From positions 146,756,001 through 146,820,000 of the forward strand of contig NC_086097.1 in the NCBI RefSeq assembly GCF_963921235.1: DNA of 64,000 nt, read 5' to 3'. Positions 1-11,654 of this stretch are shown piece by piece. This stretch comes from Mobula hypostoma. Taxonomy: Eukaryota. The notes under the pieces are model-generated. The model made no database searches and had not been told where the DNA came from. It saw only the letters and a list, made by a program, of their open reading frames with translations. Both the position numbers and the translations under genes were made by a program. Numbering within the stretch: the first letter of the stretch is position 1; every line of letters begins with the position of its first letter.

Positions 1-197
1 GGTCTGTGACACTGAGTCTGGCTCTGTAGCTGAGAAGGGCAGTGGGGAAAAGTGGAGTGCAGTGGTGACAGGGGATTCAATGGTTAGACCTTAGAGGAAC
101 AGACAAGAGATTCTGTGTACGTGAAAGAGGCACAGAGATGGCATATTGCCTCTCAGGTACCAGGGTCAAGGATATCTCAGATTATGTCCACAGGATT
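1..197 (+). mobile_element. CR1 LINE ORF1 fragment (SGNH/GDSL esterase-like domain), decayed
   Basis: Reads AVVTGDSMVR..GTDKRFC..E RGTEMAYCLSGTRVKDISDYVH across frameshifts, matching the GDS..R / CLPGARV.D motifs of CR1 ORF1 esterase. Confidence 0.7.
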
Positions 198-500
198 AGG
201 GCTCCGCTCCACAGAGTCTGGAGTCTGGAGCTCAGAAAACAGTCCAGGGCTTTGAAGGCTGTCCATGTGTCTGGGAGGGGTGAAGGAAAGGGGTTTGTTT
301 TGCTGTTATTGTTTCATTGCTTGTTTTGTTGTTTGTTGTTCTATTGTTTCTATGTTGTTCTGCTGAACATTGTGGGTATGCTATGTACCAGAATGTGTGA
401 TGACACTTACCAGCTGTCCCAGGCATGTGTTGGTCGTTAACACAAACAATTCATTTCACTGGCTGTTTCGGTATACACATGATAAATAATCAGAATCAGG
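198..500 (+). mobile_element. 3' part of a non-autonomous retroposon with Rex1-type tail
   Basis: TGTTGTTCTGCTGAACATTGTGGG...GATAAATAATCAGAATCAG matches in reverse orientation the repeat at 53270-53760. Confidence 0.5.
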
Positions 501-609
501 ATCACTGCTGCTTTGAACTTGCAGCCTTTGATTGTTTTAACTCCAGCATGTTTGATTACTTACTCTTCCAAAGTTGAGATGTCCTCTTGCTCTTCTCACT
601 CTTTCCTGA

Positions 610-880
610 ACTCACCTGTGGACTCACTTTCAAGGACTCTTCATCTCATGCTCACAATATTATTGCTTATTTACTTGTTATTATTTTTATTATTTCTTTT
701 TTCTTTCTTTTTGTATTTGCACAGTTTGTTGTCTTTTGCACACTGGTTGTTTGTCAGTCCTGCAGGGTGTGGTCTTTCATTGATTCTATTGTGTTTCTCA
801 TATTGATTGTGATTGCCCACAAGAAAATGGATGTCATATATGCATTTTGATAATAAATTTACTTCAGACTTTTGAACTTC
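610..880 (+). mobile_element. Rex1/Babar-type 3' UTR/tail fragment
   Basis: T-rich UTR ending TTTTGATAATAAATTTACTT..TTTGAACTT; the same tail occurs in reverse at 60395, 60590 and about 32650. Confidence 0.5.
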
Positions 881-1079
881 TGGAGACTTTACCTTCCTGA
901 TTTATTTTCATTTTATCATGTCCAGTATGTTAAAATCCAAGAACCAATGCTTCTTGACTTATGTTAACTTCTCCCACAAGACTTTATATGTTCTGTTGCC
1001 ATTTCGAGACATAGATTCATTGCTGTGGGTTATCAAAACTAGGAAAAGATGAGGAAGTGAATTGCAGTCAAAAATATTC

Positions 1080-1292
1080 CTGCTGCTACCTGTAAGAAGT
1101 TTGTATGTTCTCCCTGTGACTGCTGAGATTCCTTTGGGTACTCTAATTTTCCTGTACCGGTTGGAGTTCAATTGATCATTGTAAATTGTCCTGTGATTAC
1201 ACTAGGATTAAATTGGGGTATTGCTAAGTGGTGCGGCTCAGTGGGCTGGAAGTACCTATTCCACGCTGTATCTCAATAAATAAATAAATAAA
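1080..1292 (+). mobile_element. V-SINE (HE1-like), decayed
   Basis: AAGTTTGTATGTTCTCCCTGTGACTG..., CATTGTAAATTGTCCTGTGATTA, CR1-like tail and (TAAA)n end; homologous to 5456-5710. Confidence 0.6.
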
Positions 1293-1398
1293 CCAAACAA
1301 GGAGCTGCGTATAAGCTAAATTGCAAAGTAAAAGAGCACAATAATTTAATGTTAGGACCTTATATTATACTCAGTTTATCTGCACTATCAAAGCTGCT

Positions 1399-1654
1399 TC
1401 TACTCCTTAAGCATGTCACCCCTTCTGTGGCACAGGTCGCCACAGCAACTCACTGGAGTCCTCTGTCCTGGGCGAGCCTCCCAGCCTTTCAAGGTGTAGC
1501 CCATTGAAAATCCTTCCTTTCCCAGGGATGATGAAGTCTTTGGAGCCTCTGTTTGATGCTCCTATATTGCTAGGCTTTTACAGGATGGGCTGCAAGCTCC
1601 AAGCCTAACCCCCCTCCTTTCACAGCCGGGCTTGGACCGTCCATGGTGCAGTTG
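1399..1654 (-). mobile_element. Bipartite non-autonomous RTE-derived retroposon, 256 bp, with 11-bp TSD
   Basis: TCAAAGCTGCT at 1388-1398 and 1655-1665; 5' RTE motif GGGTTAGG..GCTTGCAGCCCATCCTGTAAAA; 3' part encodes an RTE-like ORF end (..LAQDRGL..). Confidence 0.8.
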
Positions 1655-1659
1655 TCAAA
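1604..1659 (-). ncRNA. Twister ribozyme (type P1), degenerate copy
   Basis: Minus strand TTTGA-CAA-CTGC-ACC-ATG-GACGG-TCCAAG-CCCGG-CTGTGAAA-GGAG-GGGGG-TTAGG is colinear with the P1 twister pattern UAA-CUCC-GCC..GCCGGUCCCAAGCCCGG..AAA-GGAG-GAGGG; five departures. Confidence 0.7.
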
Positions 1660-3218
1660 GCTGCTCTGTCTTCTAAATTGTTTGGACGATTGGCCATAAT
1701 TAAATCTATTGTAAATTAACAATAAAGACCCATATATTCCAATGTTATGTAAGTGTTTCAAATACTCTGGTGAATCATTATTTGACATTGGGAGAGACCA
1801 AGGTTGAGTATTCTCCATAAAGCACATCAATTAATTTGCCCCAAGTACCAAATAATGAAATGTTTTCATGACATCACTGTAATCAAATATTTCATCATTA
1901 CTAATTTTCTATATAGAAATTGTTTGCTTCATATATTCTTGTACATATGTTAACACATCAACATGTTCAATTATGCTATTTTTCTAGAGACTGCAATAGA
2001 ATATTTTCATATTAGAAACAACAAGAAACCCCAGTTGAGTGAAATATAGAGCCTATCTATGTTTCTTGGAAAACTATACCTTGACTATATTAATGTGTTG
2101 CATTTCTAGAATGATTTGTATCATTAGCTTCTTAATTCTGATTGCCAAAAGCCAATTATGTTGCTTTTAGAAGAACCCTTGTATTGTAGATCTATATACA
2201 TTTCAGCTGAGCTGAAAAGAATAAAACTGCTTTTCCTCAAGATTCTTTCCATCTCTCAAAGTTGAATATATTTTATCTTTACTGTTGGACTGGATTTCAC
2301 TCTAAAGGCTTCAAAAGAGAGTTACTGTATCTAGATTAACCAAAGATGTGATAGGAACTTTTCCAACAAGTTTTCTCTTGCCAGTCCTTCATTAAGATTC
2401 TGTTACACTATCTCGCCCTTCATATTGTAGCCTCTCACTGGCTCTTTTCTGTGTCTGGCCAGGTATGTGATGTACATACTTTGTGCCTAGCAATTGATTT
2501 CACCATAACAAAACTTTAATTTACCACTGACACTTCTCTTCTTCTACAGTTTCTTTTCTGTGAAAGTGTATCAGGCACTTGTTCACCACTGAATTTGAAA
2601 GAGAGAAGTTATGAAACACAGAAGACAGATTAAAGCAACTGAGGTGTGGATTCAGATCAGGCGTCAGTCCTATTGTTCTTAAGAAATGATGAATGCACTG
2701 GTTACCTTGCCTTCTTCTGGAAGGGAGGGGTTGGATTTCTGAAATGTCAGAATGATTAATCACTCTCTGTATAAATGCCATCTATATCCCTTGGATCCCT
2801 TTTGCTCCTGTGTGAATTTATGATCCATGCTGCGAACTGAATATTAACTAATGGGTTTACACTTTTGCTCCAGAACTCTCAGGAATTCTAAGTGGCTGAA
2901 ATACCTGCTGTATAATTTTTTTGTAGGCTATTTCTCCTTCTGCAGGGATGCTCCTCATGATTTTACAGAGTTACCACAGATGAAACATATGCAAATTACT
3001 AAAAGGATGACAAATAAGTTGCAAGAGAAGGACTATGGTCAACAGATTGCTATTACTGTATATATAAAAGCAGCACTTATGCTATTTTAGATATTCTCAT
3101 TTGCTGAAAAATGTTTATCAATTCCACTAATTAACTTCAGTGATAAATATGCGAAAGAAGCTCTTTTGAAACAATCACCTCACAGTTCTCTAACACTCTA
3201 TCAATAAATGTAGCTGCA

Positions 3219-5062
3219 ATACTCAGAGACCGATCAGAGTTCACTTTATTAGGTACACCAGTATACCTGCTTGTTAATACAATTATTTACTCAGCCAATC
3301 ATGTGGCAGTAACTTATAAGACCATAAGACAGGAGTAGAATTAGGTCATTTGGCCCATCAAGTTTGCTCTGCCATTCAATCATGGCTGATCCTTTTTCCC
3401 CTCCTCAGCCCCACTGCCCAGCCTTCTCCCCGTAACCATTGATGGTGTCAAATCAAGAATTTGTCAAGCTCTGCCTTAAATACTTTCAACAACCTGGCTT
3501 CCATAGCTGCCAGTGGTAATAAATTCAGAAATTTACCACCCTCTGGTTAAAGAAATTTTTCTGCATCTCTGTTTTAAATGGACACTCCTCTACCCTGAGC
3601 TGTGCTCTTTGGAATTCCCCATCATGGGAAACATCCTTTCCACATCTACTCTGTTAAGGCTTTTCAACATTAAAACGGTTTTAATGAGATTCCCACCCCC
3701 ATCCTTCCAAATTTCAGTGAGTACAGACCCAGAGTCATCAAACGTTCCTCGTATGATAACCCATTCAATCCTGGATTCATCCTTGTGAACCTCCTCTGAA
3801 ACCTTTCCAATGCCAGCACACCTTTTCTTAGATGAGGAGCCCAAAACTGTTCACAGTACTCAAGGTGAGGCCTCACCAGGGCCTTATAAAGCCTCAGCAA
3901 CACATCCCTGCTCATGTATTTCACATCTTTTGAAACTGCATTTGCCTTCCTCACCATTGACTCTACCTACAAGTTAACCTTTAGGGTGTTCTGCACAAGG
4001 ACTCCCAAGTCTCTGTGGATCTCAGATTTTTGGATATTGTCCCCATTTAGAAAACAGTTTGCACATTGTGCCATTGATTCCATCATCTTAATAATTGATA
4101 TACAGCGTAAAAAGAAGTGGTCCCAACACTGACCCCTGTGGAACACCACTAGTCACTGGACAACCAGGTAAGGATCTTAAAATTCCCACTCGCTGCCTCC
4201 GACCAATCATCCAATACTCTAACCATGCCAGTAACTTTCCTGTAATACCATGGGCTCTTAATTTGGTAAGCAGCCTCATGTGTAGAACCTTGTCAAAGGC
4301 CTTCTGAAAGTCCAAATACAACTTCAGCATCCCCTTTATCTATCCTGCTTCTAATCTCCTCAAGGAATTCCATCAGGTTCATCGGGCAATATTTTCCCTT
4401 AAGGAAACTATGCTGACTTTGTCTTATCTTGTCCTGTGTCACCAAGTATTTCATAATCTCATCCTTAACAATTGACTCTAACATCTTCACAACAACTGAG
4501 GTCAAGCTAACTGGTCTATAATTTCCTTTCTCCTGCCTTCCACCGTTCGTAAAGAGTGAAGTAACATTTGCAATTTTCCAGTCCTCTGGCACCATGCCCG
4601 AGTCCAATGCATGGTCATGTGGTTCAGCTGCTCAAAATCATTTAAAAGTGATTTAAATTACTTTGACTGCGGAATGAGAGTTGTTAACAGACGAGGTCGT
4701 TTGAGTATCTCAGAAACTGTTGATCTCCTACTACTTTCATGCACAACAGTTTCTAGTACTTACACCACGTGAAGGGTAAAATTAACATCTGGTGAACAGC
4801 AGTTCTGTAGGAGAAAATGCCTTGTTAATGGGAGAGGTCAGAGGAGAATGGTTAGACTGGTTCAAGCTGACAGGAAGGTGACAGTAACTCAAATAACCTT
4901 GCATTACAACAGTGATGCACAGAAGAGCATCTCTGAATGCACAACACGTTGAACCTCGAAGTGGATGGGCTACAGCAGCAGACACCATTAACACACACAG
5001 GAGGTACCAAATAATACCTAATACCTAATACCTAATACCTAATAGAGTGACCACTGAGTGTA
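3219..5062 (+). mobile_element. Internally deleted Tc1/mariner element, interrupted by a CR1
   Basis: Left TIR-like CACTTTATTAGGTACACC; right end CCTAATAGAGTGACCACTGAGTG followed by TA; transposase HTH remnant KSDLNYFDCGM..RRGRLSISETVDLL..SCTTVS at about 4645-4755; (AATACCT)n expansion at about 5013-5043. Confidence 0.75.
3315..4607 (-). mobile_element. CR1 LINE, 5'-truncated, internal deletion
   Basis: ORF pieces VPEDWKIANVT, GNYRPVSLTSVV, YLDFQKAFDKV, GVPQGSVLGPLLF, LVRPHLEYC; FADD region missing; (TCTTATGG)-type tail. Confidence 0.95.
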
Positions 5063-5455
5063 TATTAAGTGGCCTGATTGCTTCTCACCTTATTACATCT
5101 TCAGGTGACTGTGTCTGTTCTCAGTAACACAGAATTGCTTTATTTGACGAACCTGTATTGTTTAATTAGCATTAAATCTTTACTTTTCAACTATTCCTTG
5201 ATTTGCTAAATAATGTTCTCCTAGAACGTATTTCTTGAAACAATATCTTTATAAATTGAAAAGTTTGGAGTTAGCTATTTAGGAAATTTTGATGTATTTT
5301 AACACAATCCGATAATCTGACATGTTCATGATTTAGGAATGGAGGAGGAGCAGATTTTCTACACTTTTGGGTATTATTCCTATTGAAACTCAAACACATT
5401 TCTAAATGTCTTTATAAATATATGCCATGATGAACTAACGGTTAGTCCAAAGCTT

Positions 5456-5710
5456 TTACAGCTTGAGAGTCAGAGCCTGGAGTGCAATCCCATTGTCTTT
5501 TCTAAGGAGTTTGTACGTCCTCCTCGTGGAATGTGTGTGGTTTCTCCCAGATGCTCCTGTTTCCTCCCACAGTTGGAAGACATACTGGTTTGTGGAATAA
5601 TTGGTCATTGTAAATTGTCCTGTGATTAGGTTAAGATTATATTGGTGGGGTGTTCTCAATGGGCTGGGAGGGCCAATTCTGCACCGTATCTCTAAATAAA
5701 GATAAATCAG
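5456..5710 (+). mobile_element. V-SINE (HE1-like)
   Basis: V-domain-like GTGTGGTTTCTCCCAGATGCTCCTGTTTCCTCCCACAG and tail ending TAAATAAA. Confidence 0.7.
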
Positions 5711-6289
5711 ATCTATATTGTTACGAATTTCCAAGTGAATTCAGAAAGTTTAAACCGATCATGGGAAGCAGAATCCCCGAGATTTGGCAAGTAGCAGGGA
5801 AACTGGCAGAAAGGAAGGAGAATCTGGGGCCCAGGTGAATTGGAAGCGAATATGGGAACCAAAACCCTGGAAAGTCAACAAAGTGTGTGGAAACTAAGCC
5901 CCAATGAATCCAAAGGAAGCACAGGATCTGGTACCTTAGTAAGTCAGATAATAATGGAACAAACATTACCTGGTGAGCTAGACATCAAACCATTTGGATT
6001 ACTGAATAATTGGACAACAGATGATCAGAGATTTTATATTCCTGTGTCTGGCATGTTATTCACTATTGTGATATACAAATTTGTTAACGAGGTCAAACGT
6101 CTCAAAGAGTAAATGGTGTTACAGCAAAAATTGATAAAGCAAGCAATTACCATTTGAAGAATAACTATATTTTCTTAGCATTCAGCATTTAGGGAACCTT
6201 TGCTGATGGGATATGTTCAAGTTCTGGTCAAAAAAAAGAAGGAAGCATACATTTTTTTCCAGACTTTTGGAGTGAGTGAGTCTCTTGCT

Positions 6290-7402
6290 TATTAGAAAAA
6301 GGTTAAGAATACTCTTAAGAGGGAAATTGGGAGGGCATACAGAGGGCATGTGATGGAGCTAGCAGGCAAGGTTAAGTAAAATCCTGAGGTTCTATAGCTA
6401 TATTAAGAGTAAAAGGCTGGTTAGGGAGAGAGTACTTTCCCTTAAAGATCAGCAGGACCATCTGTGTCTTGAACTACAGGAGATGGATAGGATTTTTAAT
6501 GACTATTTTTCCTTGATGTTTACTGAGGAGAACATCATGGTTGCACAAGAGATAATGGAGATAAGTAGAGATGTTTTGGAGAACATTCAAATAACTGGGC
6601 GGGACGTGCTTGCAGCTTTATAGCACATCAAGGTGGATAAGTCCCCAGAGTTTGACTGAGTACATCCTCAGACTTTGTAGGAGGAAATACAGATGAAATT
6701 GCAGAGTCACTTGATGAGATATTTACTTCATAGTTACCCACTGGTAAAACTCCCAAAGACTGGAAAGTGGCTAATGTGGTTCCATTGTTTTAAAAATCCA
6801 AGCCAGAAAACTACAAGTTGGTCAACCTGAAATCAATAGTGGGAAATTGCTGAGTTCTGAGGAAGCAGATTTACTAGAATTTGGAATGACAGAGTCTGAT
6901 CAGGTAGAGTCATCATAGCTTTGTGTGTGGTAGTCAAGATGACAAACCTTTTGAGATTCTTTGAAGAGATAACCAAAAAGGTGGATGAGGATAGAGTTGT
7001 GGAGGTGTCTATTTGGACTTCAGTAAGACACTCTGCAAGCTCCCACATTTTAGGTTAGGTCCCGTGCAACCAAAGAAAGATCATGATATGAATTAAAACT
7101 GGCTCTGAGGTAAGAAGCAGAGGTACTGGTTACAGATTGCTTCTTGGATTGGAGGTCAGGGACTAGAAGTGTGCTGCTGAGTCAGAGTTGGTGCACTTGT
7201 ATTTGCTATTTATATAAATGATTTGGATGTGAATGCACAAGGCTCAGTCGGCAAGTTTGCAGTTGAGATGAAGTTAGGAAGTGTTGATAATGATTACAAG
7301 GATTTCAATGCAGAGAAGTGTGAGGTGATGCATTTTGGAAAGTCAAAGCACAATAGGACTTGTACAATAAATGGCAGGGCACCAGGGAATGCAATAGAAC
7401 AA
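6290..7402 (+). mobile_element. Old CR1 ORF2 relic
   Basis: Decayed IKVDKSP, PKDWKVANVVPLF, FNAEKCEVMHFG with many stops and frameshifts. Confidence 0.9.
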
Positions 7403-8819
7403 TCAAAGTCAAAATCAAAATTTATTTTTAAAGTACATGTAACGCGCTGTAAGGTTTCACTAAGGCTGCTTTCTTCAGGGTCTGATCTACTTGTGCTGCC
7501 ACCTCAAGATGGATTTGTAATCAGTTAACTAACTTTTGGTGATGCTGACCAAAGCCAAAATAACTTGAAAGTCTCAAATTCAGAATGGTCCATGGGATCA
7601 TTAACAAATATTTTGTTGAGAGCTGGATCCTTGTTTAATATGCCAAAGGGATTAAACTCCCAGTTTTCCGATGAGGAGAATACAAAGTGCTGAGCATGGC
7701 TAACACTGAGATGACATCATGATAGTATTTAATACAGGAGGCTGTAGGATAATATTAGATGTTTTCTTCTAGATTGCCTCATGTTTCAATCCTGAGCTAA
7801 TTTTCTGTGTTTTATCAGGCATGGGTCAAAATGCCATGTTGAACTAAGCTACTGTGAAAATTCAGACAGCAGAGCTTTCATCTACAATAAGCGATAATAG
7901 GTTTTAAGAACAAGCTGATGGTAGCTAAGGGTTGGAATGTTGATCTGTGTTTTGAGGCACTAATTATATTTAATCATTTAATATTTGCAGCTTACTCAAA
8001 TAGGGCATGATGTCATGCCAAGAGACAAATAAAAATAAAGATCTTCCCATGTAAAAGATCTAACAGTCCTTATTTCAATAATGGGCCAGCCAAAGTGAGG
8101 AATCTCAACCGTATCCCTACCTTAGTAAGGAGTTCCTTGCTCAGATACCAAACCAGAGTCTCTCACAAAGACCTGATGTTATTATGGAGCTAACCAATTT
8201 ATTCCCCTCTTCTGTTCGTTAAAGCAGAAGATCACAAAGACAGAGAAACAATTTTGGTGTGGATCCACATAGTTTGTATGAATTAGCTGTATAATCCTTT
8301 TCATTTCTGATAAACTGTAACAATTAACAGGCCTCAAGCTCTGAACCACACACTTTTGACAGGTAGTGCGCCAGTCACGCAGACTTTGGTCATTATTCCT
8401 TGCCTAGTGACTTAGTCCATTTTTCAGTTTAAAACACTAACATGCTAAAACGTTACCAGCATAAGAAATGACCGGGTGGCAACAGTGGGTCACAGTCCTT
8501 ATAGATGCTGGGCCCAGTGTCACGTTAATTAAAACACATCTTGAACCATGAACAATGTCTGATTAAAATCTGGTACTGTATGTCTATATAGTCAGGGTTC
8601 AAGTACATTTCTAAACACTTGTACATTGCTCCCAGGTGATAGACACCCTAGATGTTGCTCCTTAATATTTTGTTGTAATTATTGAAACTGATATATTATT
8701 GATTGAATGTAAAAGTCACCACCAGTGGATAAATATTTACTAATGTTGAGGTAAGAAAAGAATAGAAGGACGTGTTCAAATTTGCACATATGCCTTTAGC
8801 TATTTAGGTCCTTCACTTT

Positions 8820-9110
8820 ACATTTATTTAATTTAGAGATACAGTACAGAGACCCTTCAGGTCCTTCTAGTCCCACTGCCAGCAACTTCCGATTTAATTC
8901 TAGCTTAATCACAGGACAACTTATAATGATCAATTACCATACTAACTGGTACGCTTTTGGACTGTGGGAGGGAACCAGAGTACCTGAAGGAAACCCATGC
9001 ATTCCATGGGGAGGATGTACAAACTCCTTACAGACAATACTGGGGTTGTACTCTGAACTCTGATGCCCTGAGCTGTAATAGCATTGTGCTAACTACTTCA
9101 CTACAGTGGC
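8820..9110 (-). mobile_element. V-SINE (HE1-like)
   Basis: Reverse V-domain TGTGGGAGGGAACCAGAGTACCTGAAGGAAACCCA; TTTATTTA tail at left end. Confidence 0.7.
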
Positions 9111-9329
9111 CCCCAAATTTCTGATGCTCCATCTTACTCTTCTCTTGTAAGACTGTTCAACCATGCAACTAATATTAATGTCTCATTTGTTACTTAAGAT
9201 TAGCTTTATTTGGTCACACAAGTTACAAACCTTTACTTATGTATATGAATTTGGAATGTGGGAGGCAGCTAGAGCAGTTGGAAGAAACCCACATGACTGA
9301 GGGGAAATTGTATAAGCTCCTTACACCGA

Positions 9330-9576
9330 TTGCAATTCTACTTCCCATTCCCATTCCGACATGTCAGTCCATAGCTTCCTCTACTGCCACGATGAATTCA
9401 CACTCAGGTTGGAAGAGTGACACCTTGTATTCTGTCTGGGTATCCTCCAACCTGATGGCATGAACACTAATTTCTCTGTTTTACTCTTCCCCATAGATGC
9501 TGCCTGACCTGCTGAGTTCCTCCAGCATTTTGTGTGTTGCTTTGGATTTCCAGCATCTGCAGATTTTCTTGTGTTC
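9330..9576 (+). mobile_element. Penelope-like element 3' fragment (GIY-YIG C-terminus plus terminal repeat)
   Basis: Reads NSTSHSHSDMSVHSFLYCHDEFTLRLEE*HLVFCLGILQPDGMN, followed by the GATGCTGCCTGACCTGCTGAGTTCCTCCAGCATTTTGTGTG repeat seen in other copies here. Confidence 0.85.
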
Positions 9577-9629
9577 ATAATGTACAAGTAATGTATGTGG
9601 ACTTTTGGCATGTACATAAGATGATGCTA

Positions 9630-10060
9630 GGTGTTATGTATGTAGTGGTGGTGGGTGGAATAATAAGTTGAGGTATTGATCAACCTGGTGGCTTAGGGAA
9701 AAATAACTGTTTCTGAGTCTGGTGGTCCTGGCACGGAAGCTACATAGCCTCTTCCCTGATGGAAGTAGGACAAACAGTCCATTAGCAGGGTGGGTAGGAT
9801 CCATTCTGATACCACTAACATTTTTCCAGTACCTTTCTGAGTATATATGTCCTTGATGGCAGGTAGGCTGGTGCCAGTGATGCATGGGGTTGGTTTAACT
9901 ACCCATTGTAGGGCCATCCTGTGTCGCGGTGCAGTTTCTGTATCATATGGTGATGCAGCTTGTTTGGATGCTGTCAACTGCGCATCTGCAGAATGTTGTG
10001 TGTATTGATGTGCATAGACCAGCTCTCCTCAGCCTCTTCAGAAAGTAGGTGCCTTGGTGA
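9630..10060 (-). mobile_element. Rex1/Babar LINE 3' fragment
   Basis: ITGTSLPAIKDIY..DPTHPANGLFVLLPSGKRLCSFRARTTRLRNSYF, homologous to the C-terminus at 39015-39245. Confidence 0.8.
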
Positions 10061-10502
10061 GGATGGGCAAAGGAGCTTCATTTCTTTTCACAAGTTCAAA
10101 TGAAATTTAAGTATCTCAAGAGATCTCAAGCCAAAAAATGGGTAATGCCTTCAGAAAGTTGGGAGCTGGGCACCTGTGTAAGAGGATTGTAGGTAGAGGT
10201 CCTCCATGACTGGAAAAAGGCTGGCTTCTAGGACTGGAATAACTTTTGACTGGGAAGTTATCACATGTCTTGATGACAGGAATATCTTAGGGAATGAGTT
10301 GACATTCTAGAATATTGAAAATAGAGCAATAATAAGTCCTGAAAGAGATCCTAGATATCAGGTACTGAAGGAATCATTGAACATAATCCACGTCTCTTGT
10401 TTAGGCAAATGCATTACGTGGGCTACCAGTGATTCAAAATACTGATCATTTACCTGTGAGCTGCAACAGGTGAGCAGTGGTCTAAATCTGTAGCACCTTT
10501 TT

Positions 10503-10812
10503 AGCTGAATGTGGCCCATTGGTTATGGCATTTGACTAGCGACCTGAAGGTTGTGAGTTTGAGCCCCAGCCGAGGCAGCGTGTGGTGTCCTTGAGCAAGG
10601 CACTTAACCACACAGTGCTCTGCGACAACGCTGGTGCCAAGCTGTATCGGCCCTAGTGCCCTTCCCTTGGACAACATTGGTGTCGTGGAGAGGGGAGACT
10701 TGCAGCATGGGCAACTGCTGGTCTTCCATACAACCTTGCCCAGGCCTGCGCCCTGGAGAGTGAAGACTTTCCAGGCGCAGATCCATGGTCTCGCAAGACT
10801 AACGGATGCCTT
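10503..10812 (+). mobile_element. tRNA-head SINE with CORE-like box and RTE-related body/tail
   Basis: A-box TGGCCCATTGG, B-box-like GAGTTTGAGCC, GTGTCCTTGAGCAAGGCACTTAACC, tail ATCCATGGTCTCGCAAGACTAACGGATGCC; close sister copy at 52543-52869. Confidence 0.85.
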
Positions 10813-11590
10813 AATTTTTAACTTTACCTCTTCAGACACCACCTTTGTTTGGGTTAGGACAACAAATGCTACTCCTAAGCTCTTTGAATATAATCAAAAC
10901 AGACAATGGCTCCTAAACTGGATTTTGATATACATATATTTATACTTGTTAAACCTGCACAAGACATAGTTTCTACGCATTATTTTCACTTGTGTATATC
11001 CTTCTGCTTGGCTATCCTTTCCCAAAATGCAGCATTCAACCAATTATCAGCCTGGGCTGTCAATTATCATGGTCAAATCATATATTTGCAATACACAGTA
11101 GATGTAAATGAGCAGTTATATTTTTCAAGATGCACATGCATTGCCAGTGCAACCCATTTATTCAGATAAGTTTATTGTTCCACCTTTTGTATGAATGTTT
11201 AATAGGCTTTGTGTACACTTGGCTTGCTTCTTGCCTGGCCACATAACTGTGGCAAACGCTCTACGGTGGAAGTACAATATGTAACAATACAAGATATTTC
11301 CTTGAAGTCTTAATTGCTGATTTTACTCTTTGTATAACTGGTGGAATATAATTTGTTCAGTTAATAGCCTGTCAACTTTTCACAGTTCTTTTGTTTTTCT
11401 TTATCCTGGCACCCACCATTTTTTCCTGTAATCGCTTAAAAACTGATCATTTCCAAAATATTCTAGTTCTGAAAAAAGGCGACCAAAGTTTGTCTCTATT
11501 ATTGGAGAGAGCTGAAACGCAGAGTCAGGTGTAGGTGTGCATGTGCATGTGTGCCTCTGATATTACTGGAGAGAGCTGGAACGCAGTCAG

Positions 11591-11644
11591 GTGTGTGCGT
11601 ATGTGGGTGTGTGTGTGTGTGTGTGCGTGTGTGTGTGTGTGTGT
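11591..11644. repeat. Imperfect (TG)n microsatellite
   Basis: Direct reading. Confidence 0.95.
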
Positions 11645-11654
11645 ATGTCTGTAG

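Noticed and set aside
5840..6112. 90-aa ORF with a hydrophobic C-terminal segment
   Set aside because: Non-ATG start, no recognisable family, no supporting splice structure.
10503..10575. tRNA gene (also 52800-52869, 62670-62740)
   Set aside because: Pol III boxes run directly into SINE bodies with tails, and two copies have TSDs; these are SINE heads.
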